A DNA stretch of 64,000 bases from an uncultured Acidobacteriota bacterium (GTDB lineage: Bacteria > Acidobacteriota > UBA6911 > RPQK01 > JAPXNP01): assembly GCA_963777605.1 (NCBI GenBank), contig CAVZRV010000008.1, forward strand, positions 224,001 through 288,000, written 5' to 3'. Numbering within the stretch: position 1 is the stretch's first letter; the number at the start of each line of letters is the position of its first letter. The translations under genes were made by a program, and so were the position numbers. This document shows positions 29,630 through 40,263 of this stretch, one piece after another. The notes below the pieces were generated by a model. That model saw only the letters and a list, made by a program, of their open reading frames with translations, searched no databases and was not told the DNA's origin.

Positions 29630-30805
29630 TTAATCGACCAGAGAAGCGGCGCGGTCTCTAACGGCATCCTCCGCAGCCTGGGCTGCGACAATCTCCTCGA
29701 TCAATCGGGTAATCTGTTCTCGGGAAATTGTCTGCATCACGACGATGTGAGCACGATTGCCCTGAACCGCAATCTGCCATTTGGCCAGAACGGATGCGGG
29801 TGGCCGCTCGAACACCACCGTGATGGAGTAGGGGTTCATCCAGGCCTTGATTCCATTTTCCAGGAACCGCTCGACCGCCCAAGCCGCCTTCTCGCGGCAT
29901 TCCTTCACTTCGCGCCGAAACCCCACCTCGCCGATAGTCCGGACGGCGTACCAGAGGAAAAGCGGCGCCAGGCCGTTCCGGGACCCGGTCAAGGTCGTGT
30001 CGAGGGTCCCGACGTATTCGATCGAACGGGCAATTCGATTCACGTATTCCTTCTTCGCCAGAACAATGCCACACGGGAACGGGGAGCCGATGAACTTGTG
30101 CCCGCTGACCGACACGCTGTCGATCCCGGCGCGGAAATCGAAGACGGGGGCGTCATCAATGAACGGAAGTGTCATCCCGCAGAGGGCGGCATCGACATGA
30201 ACGTAGTAGAGGTGGATTGCCAGGTCCTTGAGCATCCGTTGGATGCGCCTGATGTCGTCCTTCGCCTCGGTCATCGTGGTTCCGACGTTGGCGAATATGA
30301 TCGGGGGGACGTCCCGGTGGATCTCCAGGGTCCGATACAGGTCCTCGTAGTCGATTTCTCCGTTCGGCTGCGCCTTGATCATGATGTGTCGCATGTTCAG
30401 CACGCGAAGGTTCTTGGAAACGCTGTAATGGGTGTCCTCCGAGTAGTAGACGACTCCCTGCGGGAACAGCTCCCGGGCCAGAAAGAGCCCGTAGATGTTC
30501 CCTTCCGTGCCCCCGTTGGTCACGTAACCCCAAAAGGAGCCCTCTTCAACGTGGTGGAGACGGGCAAACCATTCCAGCACCTCCCTCTCGATCTCCCGGG
30601 TGTGGACCCGATAGCTGCACGGCGCAAAGGGATCTCCCAGGTTGTTGACGGGATAGTAGAGGAAGTCGAACAACTCGGAGTAGTCGAAGTAGCCGCGACA
30701 GGGGTATCCCACAAAAGTACCGGCCTGCTCGCGAATGTAATCGAGCATCCGATCCAGGCGATCGCGATCTTCCGGCGACAGGGAAGTTCCTCCGGCGCGT
30801 GTCAT
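29630..30805 (-). CDS. hdc: PLP-dependent group II decarboxylase, histidine/serine decarboxylase clade
   Basis: GYP, NNLGDPF, WGYVTNGGTEGN, THYSV, HVDAAL, PLP lysine SGHKFIGSPFPCG, GSRNG. Confidence 0.85.
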   Translation of the reverse strand: MTRAGGTSLSPEDRDRLDRMLDYIREQAGTFVGYPCRGYFDYSELFDFLYYPVNNLGDPFAPCSYRVHTREIEREVLEWFARLHHVEEGSFWGYVTNGGTEGNIYGLFLARELFPQGVVYYSEDTHYSVSKNLRVLNMRHIMIKAQPNGEIDYEDLYRTLEIHRDVPPIIFANVGTTMTEAKDDIRRIQRMLKDLAIHLYYVHVDAALCGMTLPFIDDAPVFDFRAGIDSVSVSGHKFIGSPFPCGIVLAKKEYVNRIARSIEYVGTLDTTLTGSRNGLAPLFLWYAVRTIGEVGFRREVKECREKAAWAVERFLENGIKAWMNPYSITVVFERPPASVLAKWQIAVQGNRAHIVVMQTISREQITRLIEEIVAAQAAEDAVRDRAASLVD

Positions 30806-30997
30806 CCTCGGCTCCTTCCGAATTCACTGGTTCGATCCCAGCATAGCCGATTTCAAATCGGCCGCCTAGTGACAGGACGCCGGCCTGCCTGCGTGCCTGT
30901 TGATTAAATCCGGCTGCTGTCGGAGGATGATCGAAATGGAATGGTTCTGCGCTGAGCAAAGGGATCTCACTGACGGGACAAACGGGCGCTGTCACTC

Positions 30998-32530
30998 ATG
31001 GAACTGAGCTTCTCCGATCTGATTGTTTTCGCCGTCTTTTACGGGTTGATCATCGCGGTCAGCATCTTCAAAAGCCGCCGGGAAAGGGACAGCACGGACT
31101 ATTTCCTGGCGGGGCATTCTCTCTCCTGGCCGCTGATTGGCATCTCGATTGTGGCAGCGAATCTCTCCACCGAGCAGTTCGTAGGGATGGCCGGACAGGG
31201 TGCCGGAGATGTCGGACTGGCCGTCAGCGCGTGGCAACTCACCGGGTCCGTCGGGATTGTCGTGGTCGCCTTTACCCTCCTGCCCAGGTTCCTGCGGGCG
31301 GGAATCTACACCATGCCCGAGTTTCTTGAATACCGCTACAATGCGACGGCCCGGTCGATCATGGCCTTGACCACCGTTGTGATCTACGTCTGCGTCCTCC
31401 TCACAACGGTGCTCTATTCGGGTGGACTCACGCTACGGACGATCTTCGGCATTCCGCTCACCTGGGGGATTGCCGCGATTGCGCTGATCGCCACGCTCTA
31501 CACGTTCTGGGGAGGACTCAAGGCAGTGGCCTGGGCCGATCTCTTCCAGGGTCTGGCACTCCTGGCGGGAGGCGTTCTGACGTTCTTCCTGGGACTCCAT
31601 GCCTGCGGGGGCTGGGACGTTTTCGCCGCACAGAACGCGGACCGACTCCACATCCTGCTGCCGTCCAACGATGCCCAGCTTCCCTGGACCGGAGTTGCGT
31701 CGGGGATGTGGATCGTCATTCTCTACTACTGCGGACTCAACCAGTTCATCGTCCAGCGCAACCTGGCCGCGCGCAGCCTTCGGGACGGGCAGATCGGCGT
31801 GATCTTTGCCGGTGCGCTCTGGTTGCTGGTCCCGTTTGCGATCGTGATGCCCGGGATCATGGCGGAACAACTCTATGGCGGAGAGATGGCTCGGCCGGAC
31901 GAGGCTTATCCCATGCTCATCAAGAGCCTGGTTCCCGTCGGATGGCGCGGATTCATGTTCGCCGCCATCGCCGGTGCCGTCATTTCATCCCTCGCCTCAA
32001 TGCTGAACTCAGCTTCCGCGATTTTCACGATGGACGTCTACCGCAGGCTGTTCAACCCGACCGCATCCCAAGCCCGTCTGGTCCGGCTTGGCCGCTTCAT
32101 GACGGTGGTATTCGTGATCGTTGGCTGTCTCCTGGCCCCGTTCCTGGACGATCCCGAACTCGGTGGGGTGTTCCAGTTCATCCAGCAGTACCAGGGATAC
32201 ATCTGGCCGGGAACGGTGGCGGCCTTTGTGGTGGGATTCGCTCTCAGCCGGGCTCCTGCGGCAGCAGGGGTCGCGGCTCTCGTCACCGGGCCGGTTCTTT
32301 ACGGAATCCTCCAGCATTGGGCTGCTGACGTCCACTTCCTGATCCAGGTGGCCGTTGCTTTCGGCCTGGTCTGCGCGGTGATGGTCGTTATCACTCTCGT
32401 CGCTCCACTCGAGGCTCCGCGAACCCTGCCGGTGAGAGCGGGCATCGAAATGCAAACTGAACCCGGAGTTTTCGTTTTAGGTGGAGCGGTCATCGTCGCT
32501 GTCATTACCTTTGTTTTCTTCTTCCGCTAG
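30998..32530 (+). CDS. Sodium:solute symporter (SSS), sugar-type
   Basis: [53 protein letters not shown]. Confidence 0.92.
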   Translation: MELSFSDLIVFAVFYGLIIAVSIFKSRRERDSTDYFLAGHSLSWPLIGISIVAANLSTEQFVGMAGQGAGDVGLAVSAWQLTGSVGIVVVAFTLLPRFLRAGIYTMPEFLEYRYNATARSIMALTTVVIYVCVLLTTVLYSGGLTLRTIFGIPLTWGIAAIALIATLYTFWGGLKAVAWADLFQGLALLAGGVLTFFLGLHACGGWDVFAAQNADRLHILLPSNDAQLPWTGVASGMWIVILYYCGLNQFIVQRNLAARSLRDGQIGVIFAGALWLLVPFAIVMPGIMAEQLYGGEMARPDEAYPMLIKSLVPVGWRGFMFAAIAGAVISSLASMLNSASAIFTMDVYRRLFNPTASQARLVRLGRFMTVVFVIVGCLLAPFLDDPELGGVFQFIQQYQGYIWPGTVAAFVVGFALSRAPAAAGVAALVTGPVLYGILQHWAADVHFLIQVAVAFGLVCAVMVVITLVAPLEAPRTLPVRAGIEMQTEPGVFVLGGAVIVAVITFVFFFR

Positions 32531-32616
32531 CGTCCTGGAGAAAAAACCGTCCTGGACTTCGAAGTGGTTTGTTGTTGGCCAACGACTCGGCTAACGTAGA
32601 AGCAGGAGCAAGGCCA

Positions 32617-33618
32617 ATGAAAGGACCCATTCTCACCATCGAGCGATTTGTCCAGGAGCGGCAACCAGGGCATGCCACCGGTGACTTCACGAAGCTTCTT
32701 TACGACCTGGCGCTGGCGGCCAAGCTGATTGCATCCAAAACCGTCCGTGCCGGCTTGATCGATATCCTCGGCGAGTCGGGGGTCGTTAACGTTCAGGGCG
32801 AGCGCCAGAAGAAGCTGGACGTTTACGCCGACGAAGCGATCGTCAAAATCTGCAATCACACGGGCCGACTCTGCGTGATGGCCTCAGAGGAAAGGGAGAA
32901 GATCATATCGATACCGGAACCCTACCGGAAAGGAAGGTACGCTCTCGTTTTCGATCCGCTCGACGGTTCGTCCAACATCGACGTGAATGTCGGCATCGGT
33001 ACCATTTTCGGAATTCACCGCTGCGTTGACTGGCTTGGCCGGGGACGCCTTGAAGACGTCCTGCAGGCGGGGTCCAAACTGGTTGCCGCGGGATACGTGT
33101 TTTACGGATCCAGCACAATGCTCGTATACAGCACGGGTCAGGGGGTTCACGCCTTTACGCTCAACCCGGAACTGGGGGAGTTTATCCTGTCGAACGAGTC
33201 ACTCTCATTCCCCGAGCCTCCACAATACTGCAGCCTCAACAATGCGAGGAGGTGGTCCTGGGACTCCCGCGTCCGCGAACTCGCCGACTGGTTTCATGGC
33301 CGGGACGAGGACAGCCCTGAACTGTCAAGCCGTTACGCAGGTGCCCTGGTGGCTGACTTCCACCGCAACCTGCTCAAGGGAGGAATCTACTGTTACCCGG
33401 CCGAGGAGAACCTGGAGCAAGGCAAGCTCCGGCTGGTTTACGAAGCGGCCCCGTTGGCATTTCTGGCGGAACAGGCTGGAGGCGCGGCATCGGACGGACG
33501 TCGCCGAATCCTTGAGTTGCAGCCGGAAGCACTTCACCAGCGGACTCCGCTCTTCATCGGGAATCGTCACCTGGTTGAGAAGGCCGGGCAGATTCTCGCA
33601 AAGGGTCAGACCGGCTGA
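32617..33618 (+). CDS. fbp: Fructose-1,6-bisphosphatase class I
   Basis: [46 protein letters not shown]; AGGAG RBS before ATG 32617. Confidence 0.95.
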   Translation: MKGPILTIERFVQERQPGHATGDFTKLLYDLALAAKLIASKTVRAGLIDILGESGVVNVQGERQKKLDVYADEAIVKICNHTGRLCVMASEEREKIISIPEPYRKGRYALVFDPLDGSSNIDVNVGIGTIFGIHRCVDWLGRGRLEDVLQAGSKLVAAGYVFYGSSTMLVYSTGQGVHAFTLNPELGEFILSNESLSFPEPPQYCSLNNARRWSWDSRVRELADWFHGRDEDSPELSSRYAGALVADFHRNLLKGGIYCYPAEENLEQGKLRLVYEAAPLAFLAEQAGGAASDGRRRILELQPEALHQRTPLFIGNRHLVEKAGQILAKGQTG

Positions 33619-33964
33619 TGACTGCGCCATGGTCCTGGCCCAACTGCAATGGAGGCCTCCTGGGGAGTTCCAAGCGCCCTGATCACATCGAATGCTCTTG
33701 CCGGTCGCACAGATGGGGCGCTGTCCGGTGAGCGTTCCCAACTCTTCGAGTGCTGCCTCCAACCGGCCCAGTGTCTCCTCCAGGTCGGGCTGGGTATCCA
33801 GGAGTTCCAGCTCAAGACGCTGAGCGTTCACCATGATGAAGCAGGCACCCCAACCGATAGAAATTCCTTTCTCCAGAGAAATGCCTTGAAGAACTGATGA
33901 CACCCGGAGGGCCAGGGGATATCATCCTTGAAAACAATCGGATTGACCGGAAGGAGGAATCACC

Positions 33965-35959
33965 ATGGGAAGCAGGCGCGGAGCGTCCATATTGCATCGG
34001 TCCATGTGCAGACGTGCGGGGGCTTTCGGGAGGCGCTTTCATGGCGTATTTCCAATTGCAGCAGGGTTGATGTTGCTCGCACTACCGTGGGGGCTTTCGG
34101 GCTGTGCCGGATCCGGTTCAGGAGAAGGCACTCTACCGGTCACGGTTACTTTCGATTCATCCCTCGAAGCCGCGGAGAACACGCTTCGACTGGGGACCCC
34201 GGGAATCGAACTTCCGACCGACTGGACCGGGTACGAAGCACTCGTGATGGAACTCCGGGCCTCATCGCCGCAGCGGATGAGCTTGAAGATCTATAACAAA
34301 TCGGACGAATCAGGGAAACCGTCATACAGCCGGGTCCTTCTTCATCCTTATCCTAAAGTCTGGATTCGGGCCGCGATCCCGGTAGAACTCCTGACCGCTC
34401 CTCCCAGCACCGGTCACGACATGGCTGCAGTTGGGAACCGTTCCCGGCCGGGCTACTTCCTCGGATTGTGGGGGCCGTTCGTACCCCTGACTTCGGTCGA
34501 GTCAATCGGATTCGAAATGCAGAACCCGATCGGTTCTCCGACCCTGGAGATTCGTTCCGTCCGGTTGGAGAAAGTCTCACCGGGAGACGCTGTCCTTGAC
34601 GGATTGCCGCTGGTTGACGAATTCGGGCAGTACATCCACTCAGACTGGCCTGACAAGGCGAAGAGTGCGGAGCAGTTGGCGGCTGCCTGGTCGGATGAGT
34701 CGGCTAAGCTGGCACCGGGAGACTTCGGTTATTGCAGTTATGGTGGCTACACCAACACCCGGGCCAAGGCGACCGGGTTCTTCCGGGTTGAAAAGATCGA
34801 TGGCCGATGGTGGTTTGTGGATCCGGACGGCCACCTGTTTCTGTCTGCCGGAGCAGATGTAATGCGGCCGGACATGGTTACGAGAAGCCGCGGCCGAGAT
34901 GCGTTCTTCAAGGAACTTCCTCCGGGAGATCTCCGTTCCGGCCGCGGACGGGGGGATGACCCGGGCGTTTCGTTCCTGACCTGGAACATCTCTCGGCGTT
35001 ATGGATCCGACTGGCAGCCGGGCTGGGCGGACACGACCTTCCGACGAATGGCCGCGTGGGGCTTGAACACGGTTGGAAACTGGAGCGATCCCCGCCTTTG
35101 GGATGCTCACTTGATGCCCTATGTGATTCCTCTCTCCGGTTGGCAGACCGAAGTCGATTACCTCGGACTGCCCGACGTCTACTCCGAGGACTTCGTCCGG
35201 TTGTCGGATGAGAGGGCACAGGAACAGTGCGCGGGTCGCAAAGATGACCCCTGGTTGCTGGGCTACTTCCTGGCCAACGAACCGCCCTTCCCTCAGAAGG
35301 CCCGGCAGACCGTCGAACTGATCATGGCCGGACCGGAGACGGCGACCAAGCAGAAACTCAGCGACTGGCTGGCAGAGGCAGACACTCCAGAGCGACGTGA
35401 AGAATTCATCGGTGAGGCGCTCGATCGCTACATCCAGGTCACCAGCGCCGCGGTGCGGAAACATGACCCCAACCATCTGAACCTGGGGATGCGCAGCGGC
35501 GGCCATCCTACTGAATCCGAAATCCGCGCGGCACGGGCATTCGACGTGTACAGCGTCAATATCTACGACTACCAGGTTGGGCCCGAGCGGGTGCAGGCTA
35601 TCGCCAACCTCTGCGGCAAACCGATTCTGATCGGCGAGTTTCACCTTGGAACCCCGGGGCGCGGCCTGGCTGCGAGCCTGGTTCAGGTCCGGGACGCGAC
35701 CGAGCGGGCGAAGGGCTACCGGTTCTACGTCGAACAGGCCTTCTCGATTCCCGAACTGATCGGGACACACTGGTTTCAGTGGGCTGACCAGCCCTGTACC
35801 GGAAGGTTCGACGGCGAAAACTACAACATTGGATTCATCGATGTGACCGATCGTCCCTACGCGAACATGGTGGACGCCCTGCAGGAGACCCATCAGCGCC
35901 TTTACCGGGTGCACCTGGGGGAAGCGGAACCCTACTCGGAACGGCCGGCCGTTAACTAG
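33965..35959 (+). CDS. GH50-like (beta-agarase/glucanase family) lipoprotein
   Basis: Lipobox LSGC; ATGFFRVEKIDGRWWFVDPDG, WGLNTVGNWS, GYFLANEP, LIGEFH, HWFQWADQP..GRFDGENYNIG. Exact start uncertain. Confidence 0.8.
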   Translation: MGSRRGASILHRSMCRRAGAFGRRFHGVFPIAAGLMLLALPWGLSGCAGSGSGEGTLPVTVTFDSSLEAAENTLRLGTPGIELPTDWTGYEALVMELRASSPQRMSLKIYNKSDESGKPSYSRVLLHPYPKVWIRAAIPVELLTAPPSTGHDMAAVGNRSRPGYFLGLWGPFVPLTSVESIGFEMQNPIGSPTLEIRSVRLEKVSPGDAVLDGLPLVDEFGQYIHSDWPDKAKSAEQLAAAWSDESAKLAPGDFGYCSYGGYTNTRAKATGFFRVEKIDGRWWFVDPDGHLFLSAGADVMRPDMVTRSRGRDAFFKELPPGDLRSGRGRGDDPGVSFLTWNISRRYGSDWQPGWADTTFRRMAAWGLNTVGNWSDPRLWDAHLMPYVIPLSGWQTEVDYLGLPDVYSEDFVRLSDERAQEQCAGRKDDPWLLGYFLANEPPFPQKARQTVELIMAGPETATKQKLSDWLAEADTPERREEFIGEALDRYIQVTSAAVRKHDPNHLNLGMRSGGHPTESEIRAARAFDVYSVNIYDYQVGPERVQAIANLCGKPILIGEFHLGTPGRGLAASLVQVRDATERAKGYRFYVEQAFSIPELIGTHWFQWADQPCTGRFDGENYNIGFIDVTDRPYANMVDALQETHQRLYRVHLGEAEPYSERPAVN

Positions 35960-36080
35960 TGTCCTGGCACGCATCATATGACGCTTTCAGAGCCCCGCTG
36001 GTACTGCACATTCGCGCGCCTGGCAGTTGGCTGCTTCTCGCCTTGCTGACAGTGCCATATGATGCGTGACAGGACGCTAG
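35956..36080. mobile_element. 125-bp MITE with 35-bp terminal inverted repeats and CTAG ends (IS630-like)
   Basis: Left CTAGTGTCCTGGCACGCATCATATGACGCTTTCAG versus reverse complement of right CTAGCGTCCTGTCACGCATCATATGGCACTGTCAG: 30/35 identical. Confidence 0.75.
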
Positions 36081-36955
36081 AGCCTTGTGCCGCAGATCAT
36101 GCAGAATTGGGCGTCTTCGTCGTGGCCCTGGCGGCCACAGCCGGGACAATCTTCTTGCGACTGTTGCCGCCGGTAGGCCTGGGTCAGTTCCGCCGTCACG
36201 ATACCGGTTGGAACCGCGATGATCCCGTAGCCGAGAATCATCAGGAGCGCGGCGATGGTCTGGCCAGGCACGGTCTGAGGCGCGATGTCTCCGTACCCAA
36301 CGGTGGTCATTGTGACAATCGCCCAGTAGATCGCCCTCGGGATGCTGGTGAAGCCGCTGGTCGGTCCCTCGACGAGATACATAGTGGCTCCCACGGTTAC
36401 GACGACCGAGAGAACCGTCACAATGAAGACGGTGATCTTGTACTGGCTGGCTCGCAACGCTTCCCGGAGCAGGTGAGCTTCGCCGATGAAGCGCGTCAGC
36501 TTGAAAACCCGGAATATGCGAAGCAGTCGAAAGACCCGGATAACCAGCAGGGTTTGCGCCCCCGAGAAGGTGACACTGAGGTAGGTGGGGAGGACAGCCA
36601 GCAGATCGATGATCCCAAAGAAGCTGAGTCCGTACCGAATCGGGCGTCGGACGCTGGCGAGTCGGAACAGGTATTCGACCGAAAAGAGAATGGTGAAAAG
36701 CCACTCGATGCCGTAGAGAATAGATCCATACTCCGTTCGGATCTCGGCGACGCTTTCCAGCATGACGGCAACCACGCTAAGAACGATTGCACCCAGGAGC
36801 GCAACGTCGAAGGCCTTGCCTGCCGGCGTCTCCGCCTCAAAGATGATTTCGTAGATACGGCTACGTCCGGGAGAGAGAGGGCGTTCCTCCCGAACCGAGT
36901 GTCGGGCCGACAATAGAGGACGATCTTCGGGGTCTTGCAATCGACCAGTTCCCAT
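36077..36955 (-). CDS. Voltage-gated-type potassium channel (6TM) with C-terminal zinc ribbon
   Basis: Filter TTVGYGD, S4 RVFRLLRIFRVFK, CPGC..CMIC. Confidence 0.93.
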   Translation of the reverse strand: MGTGRLQDPEDRPLLSARHSVREERPLSPGRSRIYEIIFEAETPAGKAFDVALLGAIVLSVVAVMLESVAEIRTEYGSILYGIEWLFTILFSVEYLFRLASVRRPIRYGLSFFGIIDLLAVLPTYLSVTFSGAQTLLVIRVFRLLRIFRVFKLTRFIGEAHLLREALRASQYKITVFIVTVLSVVVTVGATMYLVEGPTSGFTSIPRAIYWAIVTMTTVGYGDIAPQTVPGQTIAALLMILGYGIIAVPTGIVTAELTQAYRRQQSQEDCPGCGRQGHDEDAQFCMICGTRL

Positions 36956-37209
36956 GGAATGCCATAACTCTACCCAAGAAACCTGACCGGGCCAAGAACC
37001 CGGCCATTGTTTGCGAAAATCGTGCTCTCAAAAAGCCTTCAAGTCCCGAATCTGGCCAGGTCGATCATTCCCCGCCGGGTGATCGGGAACCGGGAGGCTG
37101 AAATGGTGTAGGATTTCCAGACTATCGACGGCCTGCAGGCGGCGGTCCACCTTACTGCGACCGAAGCCGCGCGGGCGAAAACGGCAGAGTTTTCGTGGAG
37201 AGATCGAGA

Positions 37210-37995
37210 ATGAACGACGGCCTTGGGAACAGTGGTCCCGCCATCAGAACCTGGGAAGGCCAGTACCGTGTACGACAGGACGAGGTCGGAGCCAACGGTG
37301 AACTCCAGGTCCCCTCTCTCCTCAACTTTCTCCAGGACGCGGCGCTTCACCATGCAGAGGAAATTGGAGTCTCAATCCGCACAATGGAGCAAGAAGGAAA
37401 GGCTTGGGTCTTGCGGACGATCCGGGTCGAACTCGTGCGTCCTCTGATCTGGGGAGACGTGGTAAAGCTCCAGACCTGGCCGACTGGGATCAACGGTCTG
37501 CTCGCTTTCAGGGACTACCACCTGCTGAATCCTGCCGGCCAGATCTGCGTCCGGGCGGACAGTTCATGGCTCATGATCGATCGTGCCCGTCGCAGGCCGA
37601 TCCGCCTGCCTGCTGACTGGAAGTCCTGGAATTTCCCCGGCCGACGGGCGTTTAAGGAGCGACCGAGCGACAGGCTTGCAGCAGACGCGGATCGGCAAAC
37701 CGGAACCGCCCAGGTTGAGGCCTGGGACCTGGACTTCAACGGCCACGTCAATCACGTGCACTACATCGATTGGTTACTCAGGACTCTGCCCGAGGACCTG
37801 ACCGGAGAATTTCGGCTCAACGGAATGACGGCCACGTTTATCCAGGAAGCCGTACTCGGGGAGCAACTCTGCATCGAGTGCAGCCCTCTCCCCCAGGTGC
37901 AGGACTTCCGTGAACTGCAGCACAAGATCACGCGCCTCAAGGGGTCCGGTCTGGTGGTCGCAGCAGCCACGGCCTGGACTCCCGGTCAGGCTTGA
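37210..37995 (+). CDS. Acyl-ACP thioesterase (double hot-dog fold)
   Basis: LLNFLQDAA, LQTWP, RDY, RRRPIRLP, DLDFNGHVNHVHYIDW. Confidence 0.9.
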   Translation: MNDGLGNSGPAIRTWEGQYRVRQDEVGANGELQVPSLLNFLQDAALHHAEEIGVSIRTMEQEGKAWVLRTIRVELVRPLIWGDVVKLQTWPTGINGLLAFRDYHLLNPAGQICVRADSSWLMIDRARRRPIRLPADWKSWNFPGRRAFKERPSDRLAADADRQTGTAQVEAWDLDFNGHVNHVHYIDWLLRTLPEDLTGEFRLNGMTATFIQEAVLGEQLCIECSPLPQVQDFRELQHKITRLKGSGLVVAAATAWTPGQA

Positions 37996-37997
37996 CC

Positions 37998-38033
37998 AGT
38001 CGGACCGGGCAGACTCATCCGACCAGTCCGACT
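37998..38033. terminator. Hairpin between convergent genes, candidate bidirectional terminator
   Basis: AGTCGGACCGGGCAGA-CTCA-TCCGACCAGTCCGACT, 13/16 paired. Confidence 0.45.
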
Positions 38034-38052
38034 CTTGCTCGCCCGGGGACGA

Positions 38053-40173
38053 CTACTTGTCCGACTTGTTGAACACCTGGTTACGGGCAAACTTGACCAC
38101 GTCGTAGGGCGCCGGCTGGCCACCGAGCCAACGGTGAAACCAGTCAAGGTGCGCGTTGTAGTAAAACGCCATCTCGTACCAGTTAGGCCAGTGTCCGGCC
38201 CCCGGAAAGACGACCAGCCGCGACGGGACGTCCATCTTCTGCAGGTCAGTGAAGAACTCGAGGCTCTGAGTATAGGGAACCCGGAAATCCTGCTCCCCGG
38301 TGATCACCAGACAGGGGGTTTTGAAATTCGTCACGAATTCGGAGGGGGACCATTTCAGGTAGAGATCGGACTTCCAGGGCGGTCCGCCAAGGTCTCGTTC
38401 CGGGAACCAGAGCTCTTCGGTAGACCCGTACATGGCGACGAGATCGTAGACACCCATCATGGATGCGATCGTCTTGAAGCGGGTCGTGTGTCCCTGAAAC
38501 CACATCATCATGTATCCGCCGTAGGACCATCCCATCGCCCCCATCCGGTTCTTGTCTACGTAGGGGAGTTCTTCGAGGGCGTCGGTGACCTTCATGAGGT
38601 CCCGGAAGACCCTCCCGCCCCAGTCCTTTCCGATCGCATCGGTGAAATCCTGGCCGAAGCCGGTGGAGCCGGTCGGATTGGGGAAAGCGACGACGTAGCC
38701 TTTCCCGGGGTAGACCTGCCAGTCACCCCGATAGGAATCCATCCACTGGGATTGCGGCCCGCCATGAACGTTTAGAATCAGCGGGTATTTCTTGGATGGG
38801 TCGAAATCATGTGGTTTCACGATAAAGACCTGAACCTTGTAGTCGCCGTCTCCCTGGACCCACATCTCCTCGGCGGGCCGGATATCGACCGACTCAACCA
38901 ATTGCCGGTTGAACTGGGTCAACTGTTCGCCTTTGTTCTCGCCCCAAACCGCTCTGAAGATTTCCGGAGGGGTCCCGATCGTTCTTCGGGAGTAAATCAC
39001 CGTCCGCCTATCGGGAAGGAATACCCAACCATCGATCGTCCCGTCATCGAGGACCTCTTCGATCTTCGATGAACCGAGCTGCATTCGGTAGAGCGGGTTC
39101 CGGCCGTGAACTTCACCCTGGAAATAGATGTGAGTCGAGTCGGGAGCCCACCCGATTTCGTCGATCCAGTTGTCGAAGTTTTCCCGGTCCGTGAGGTAGC
39201 GTACCGTTCCGGAAGTCCGATCGTAGATAGCAATTCGAAAGAGGTCGGACTCGTACCCCGGTGTGGTCTGGCTGCGGTAGGCGATGTACCTTCCGTCCGA
39301 GGAGTAGATCGGGCTGCCGTCCCACCCCCGGTTGGACGCAGTCAGGTTGACGGCGCTGGAGGGCCCGATTTCCTCGTCAAGCGGGACGACCCAGAGGTCG
39401 GCGTTGGTCGAGGAGGCCGGGTCCGCATCGTGATTGGAGACGTAGCAGATTTCCCGACCGTCCGGTGAGAAGTCGAAACCTCGGTCACCGGAGAGAGAAA
39501 ACGTTGGGCTGTCCCACTTGCCGGGGGTCAAGTCTTTGACCACCGCGCCAGAGTTCGGGTCAACCAGCAGAATGTGGGTGTACTTGCCGTCCCTCCAGGA
39601 GGTCCAGTGACGGTACAGGAGGGAATCGGCAAGGTGAACCTTGAGCTTCCCTTTGGTCATCGAGTCGACGTTCTTTCGGTTGCATTCGCCGTTGCTTCCG
39701 CACTCGGGGAAGACCTCGGCGGTTACGGCGATCCATCTCCCGTCCCGGGACCAACGCGGTTCCGACAGGTCGAGAGGGTAGTGGGTCAACTGGCGGGCCT
39801 CGCCTCCATCGATTGGGATCACGTAAAGCTGAGATAATCCATCGTTCCGGTCGGACAGAAAGAGGATCCGCTTGCCGTCCGGAGAGAAGACCGGTGAACG
39901 GTTGTTGTCCCGCCCTGTGGTCATTTGACGGAGGTCACTGCCGTCACTCTTCATCATCCAGATCTCAGACCAGGTCCGTCCCATTTCGAGTTCGTATTGA
40001 CGGACGGTGAACGCAACTTCCCCACTGCCGGGGTTGAAGACGGGAGCCCCGACAAAGGCGGTCCGATAGAAATCACTGATTTCGAAGGGAGCCCTGTCGT
40101 TCGCCGGCGCACCCAACATCGGAGAACCAGAAACGGTCAGAATTCCCAACCAGCAAGCGAGTCTCAATCTCAT
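38053..40173 (-). CDS. S9 family peptidase (DPP5/acylaminoacyl-peptidase-like), secreted
   Basis: Signal peptide, TolB-like propeller repeats, HGGP, nucleophile GWSYGG, D in QDFRV, H in AGHW. Confidence 0.93.
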   Translation of the reverse strand: MRLRLACWLGILTVSGSPMLGAPANDRAPFEISDFYRTAFVGAPVFNPGSGEVAFTVRQYELEMGRTWSEIWMMKSDGSDLRQMTTGRDNNRSPVFSPDGKRILFLSDRNDGLSQLYVIPIDGGEARQLTHYPLDLSEPRWSRDGRWIAVTAEVFPECGSNGECNRKNVDSMTKGKLKVHLADSLLYRHWTSWRDGKYTHILLVDPNSGAVVKDLTPGKWDSPTFSLSGDRGFDFSPDGREICYVSNHDADPASSTNADLWVVPLDEEIGPSSAVNLTASNRGWDGSPIYSSDGRYIAYRSQTTPGYESDLFRIAIYDRTSGTVRYLTDRENFDNWIDEIGWAPDSTHIYFQGEVHGRNPLYRMQLGSSKIEEVLDDGTIDGWVFLPDRRTVIYSRRTIGTPPEIFRAVWGENKGEQLTQFNRQLVESVDIRPAEEMWVQGDGDYKVQVFIVKPHDFDPSKKYPLILNVHGGPQSQWMDSYRGDWQVYPGKGYVVAFPNPTGSTGFGQDFTDAIGKDWGGRVFRDLMKVTDALEELPYVDKNRMGAMGWSYGGYMMMWFQGHTTRFKTIASMMGVYDLVAMYGSTEELWFPERDLGGPPWKSDLYLKWSPSEFVTNFKTPCLVITGEQDFRVPYTQSLEFFTDLQKMDVPSRLVVFPGAGHWPNWYEMAFYYNAHLDWFHRWLGGQPAPYDVVKFARNQVFNKSDK

Positions 40174-40263
40174 GAACGATCCACCTCCTCATCAGCTCAA
40201 CGGGACCCGGCACCGACCCAATTCCATGATTCGGGAACCGGTTCTCCCCGGGTTCCCATTACT

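Noticed and set aside
30824-30848. TCACTGGTTCGATCCCAGCATAGCC resembles a tRNA T-arm (possible att-site remnant)
   Set aside because: No D arm, anticodon arm or CCA end, no integrase and no second copy in the window; too short to support.
29195-30907. 570-aa ORF on the + strand
   Set aside because: Antisense shadow of the ACT and decarboxylase genes; no motif, typical of GC-rich codon bias.
33606-33903. Protein-like minus-strand stretch (LELELLDTQPDLEETLGRLEAALEEL) between fbp and the GH50-like gene
   Set aside because: The frame runs deep into fbp antisense and no family is recognisable; may be a degraded remnant but cannot be supported.
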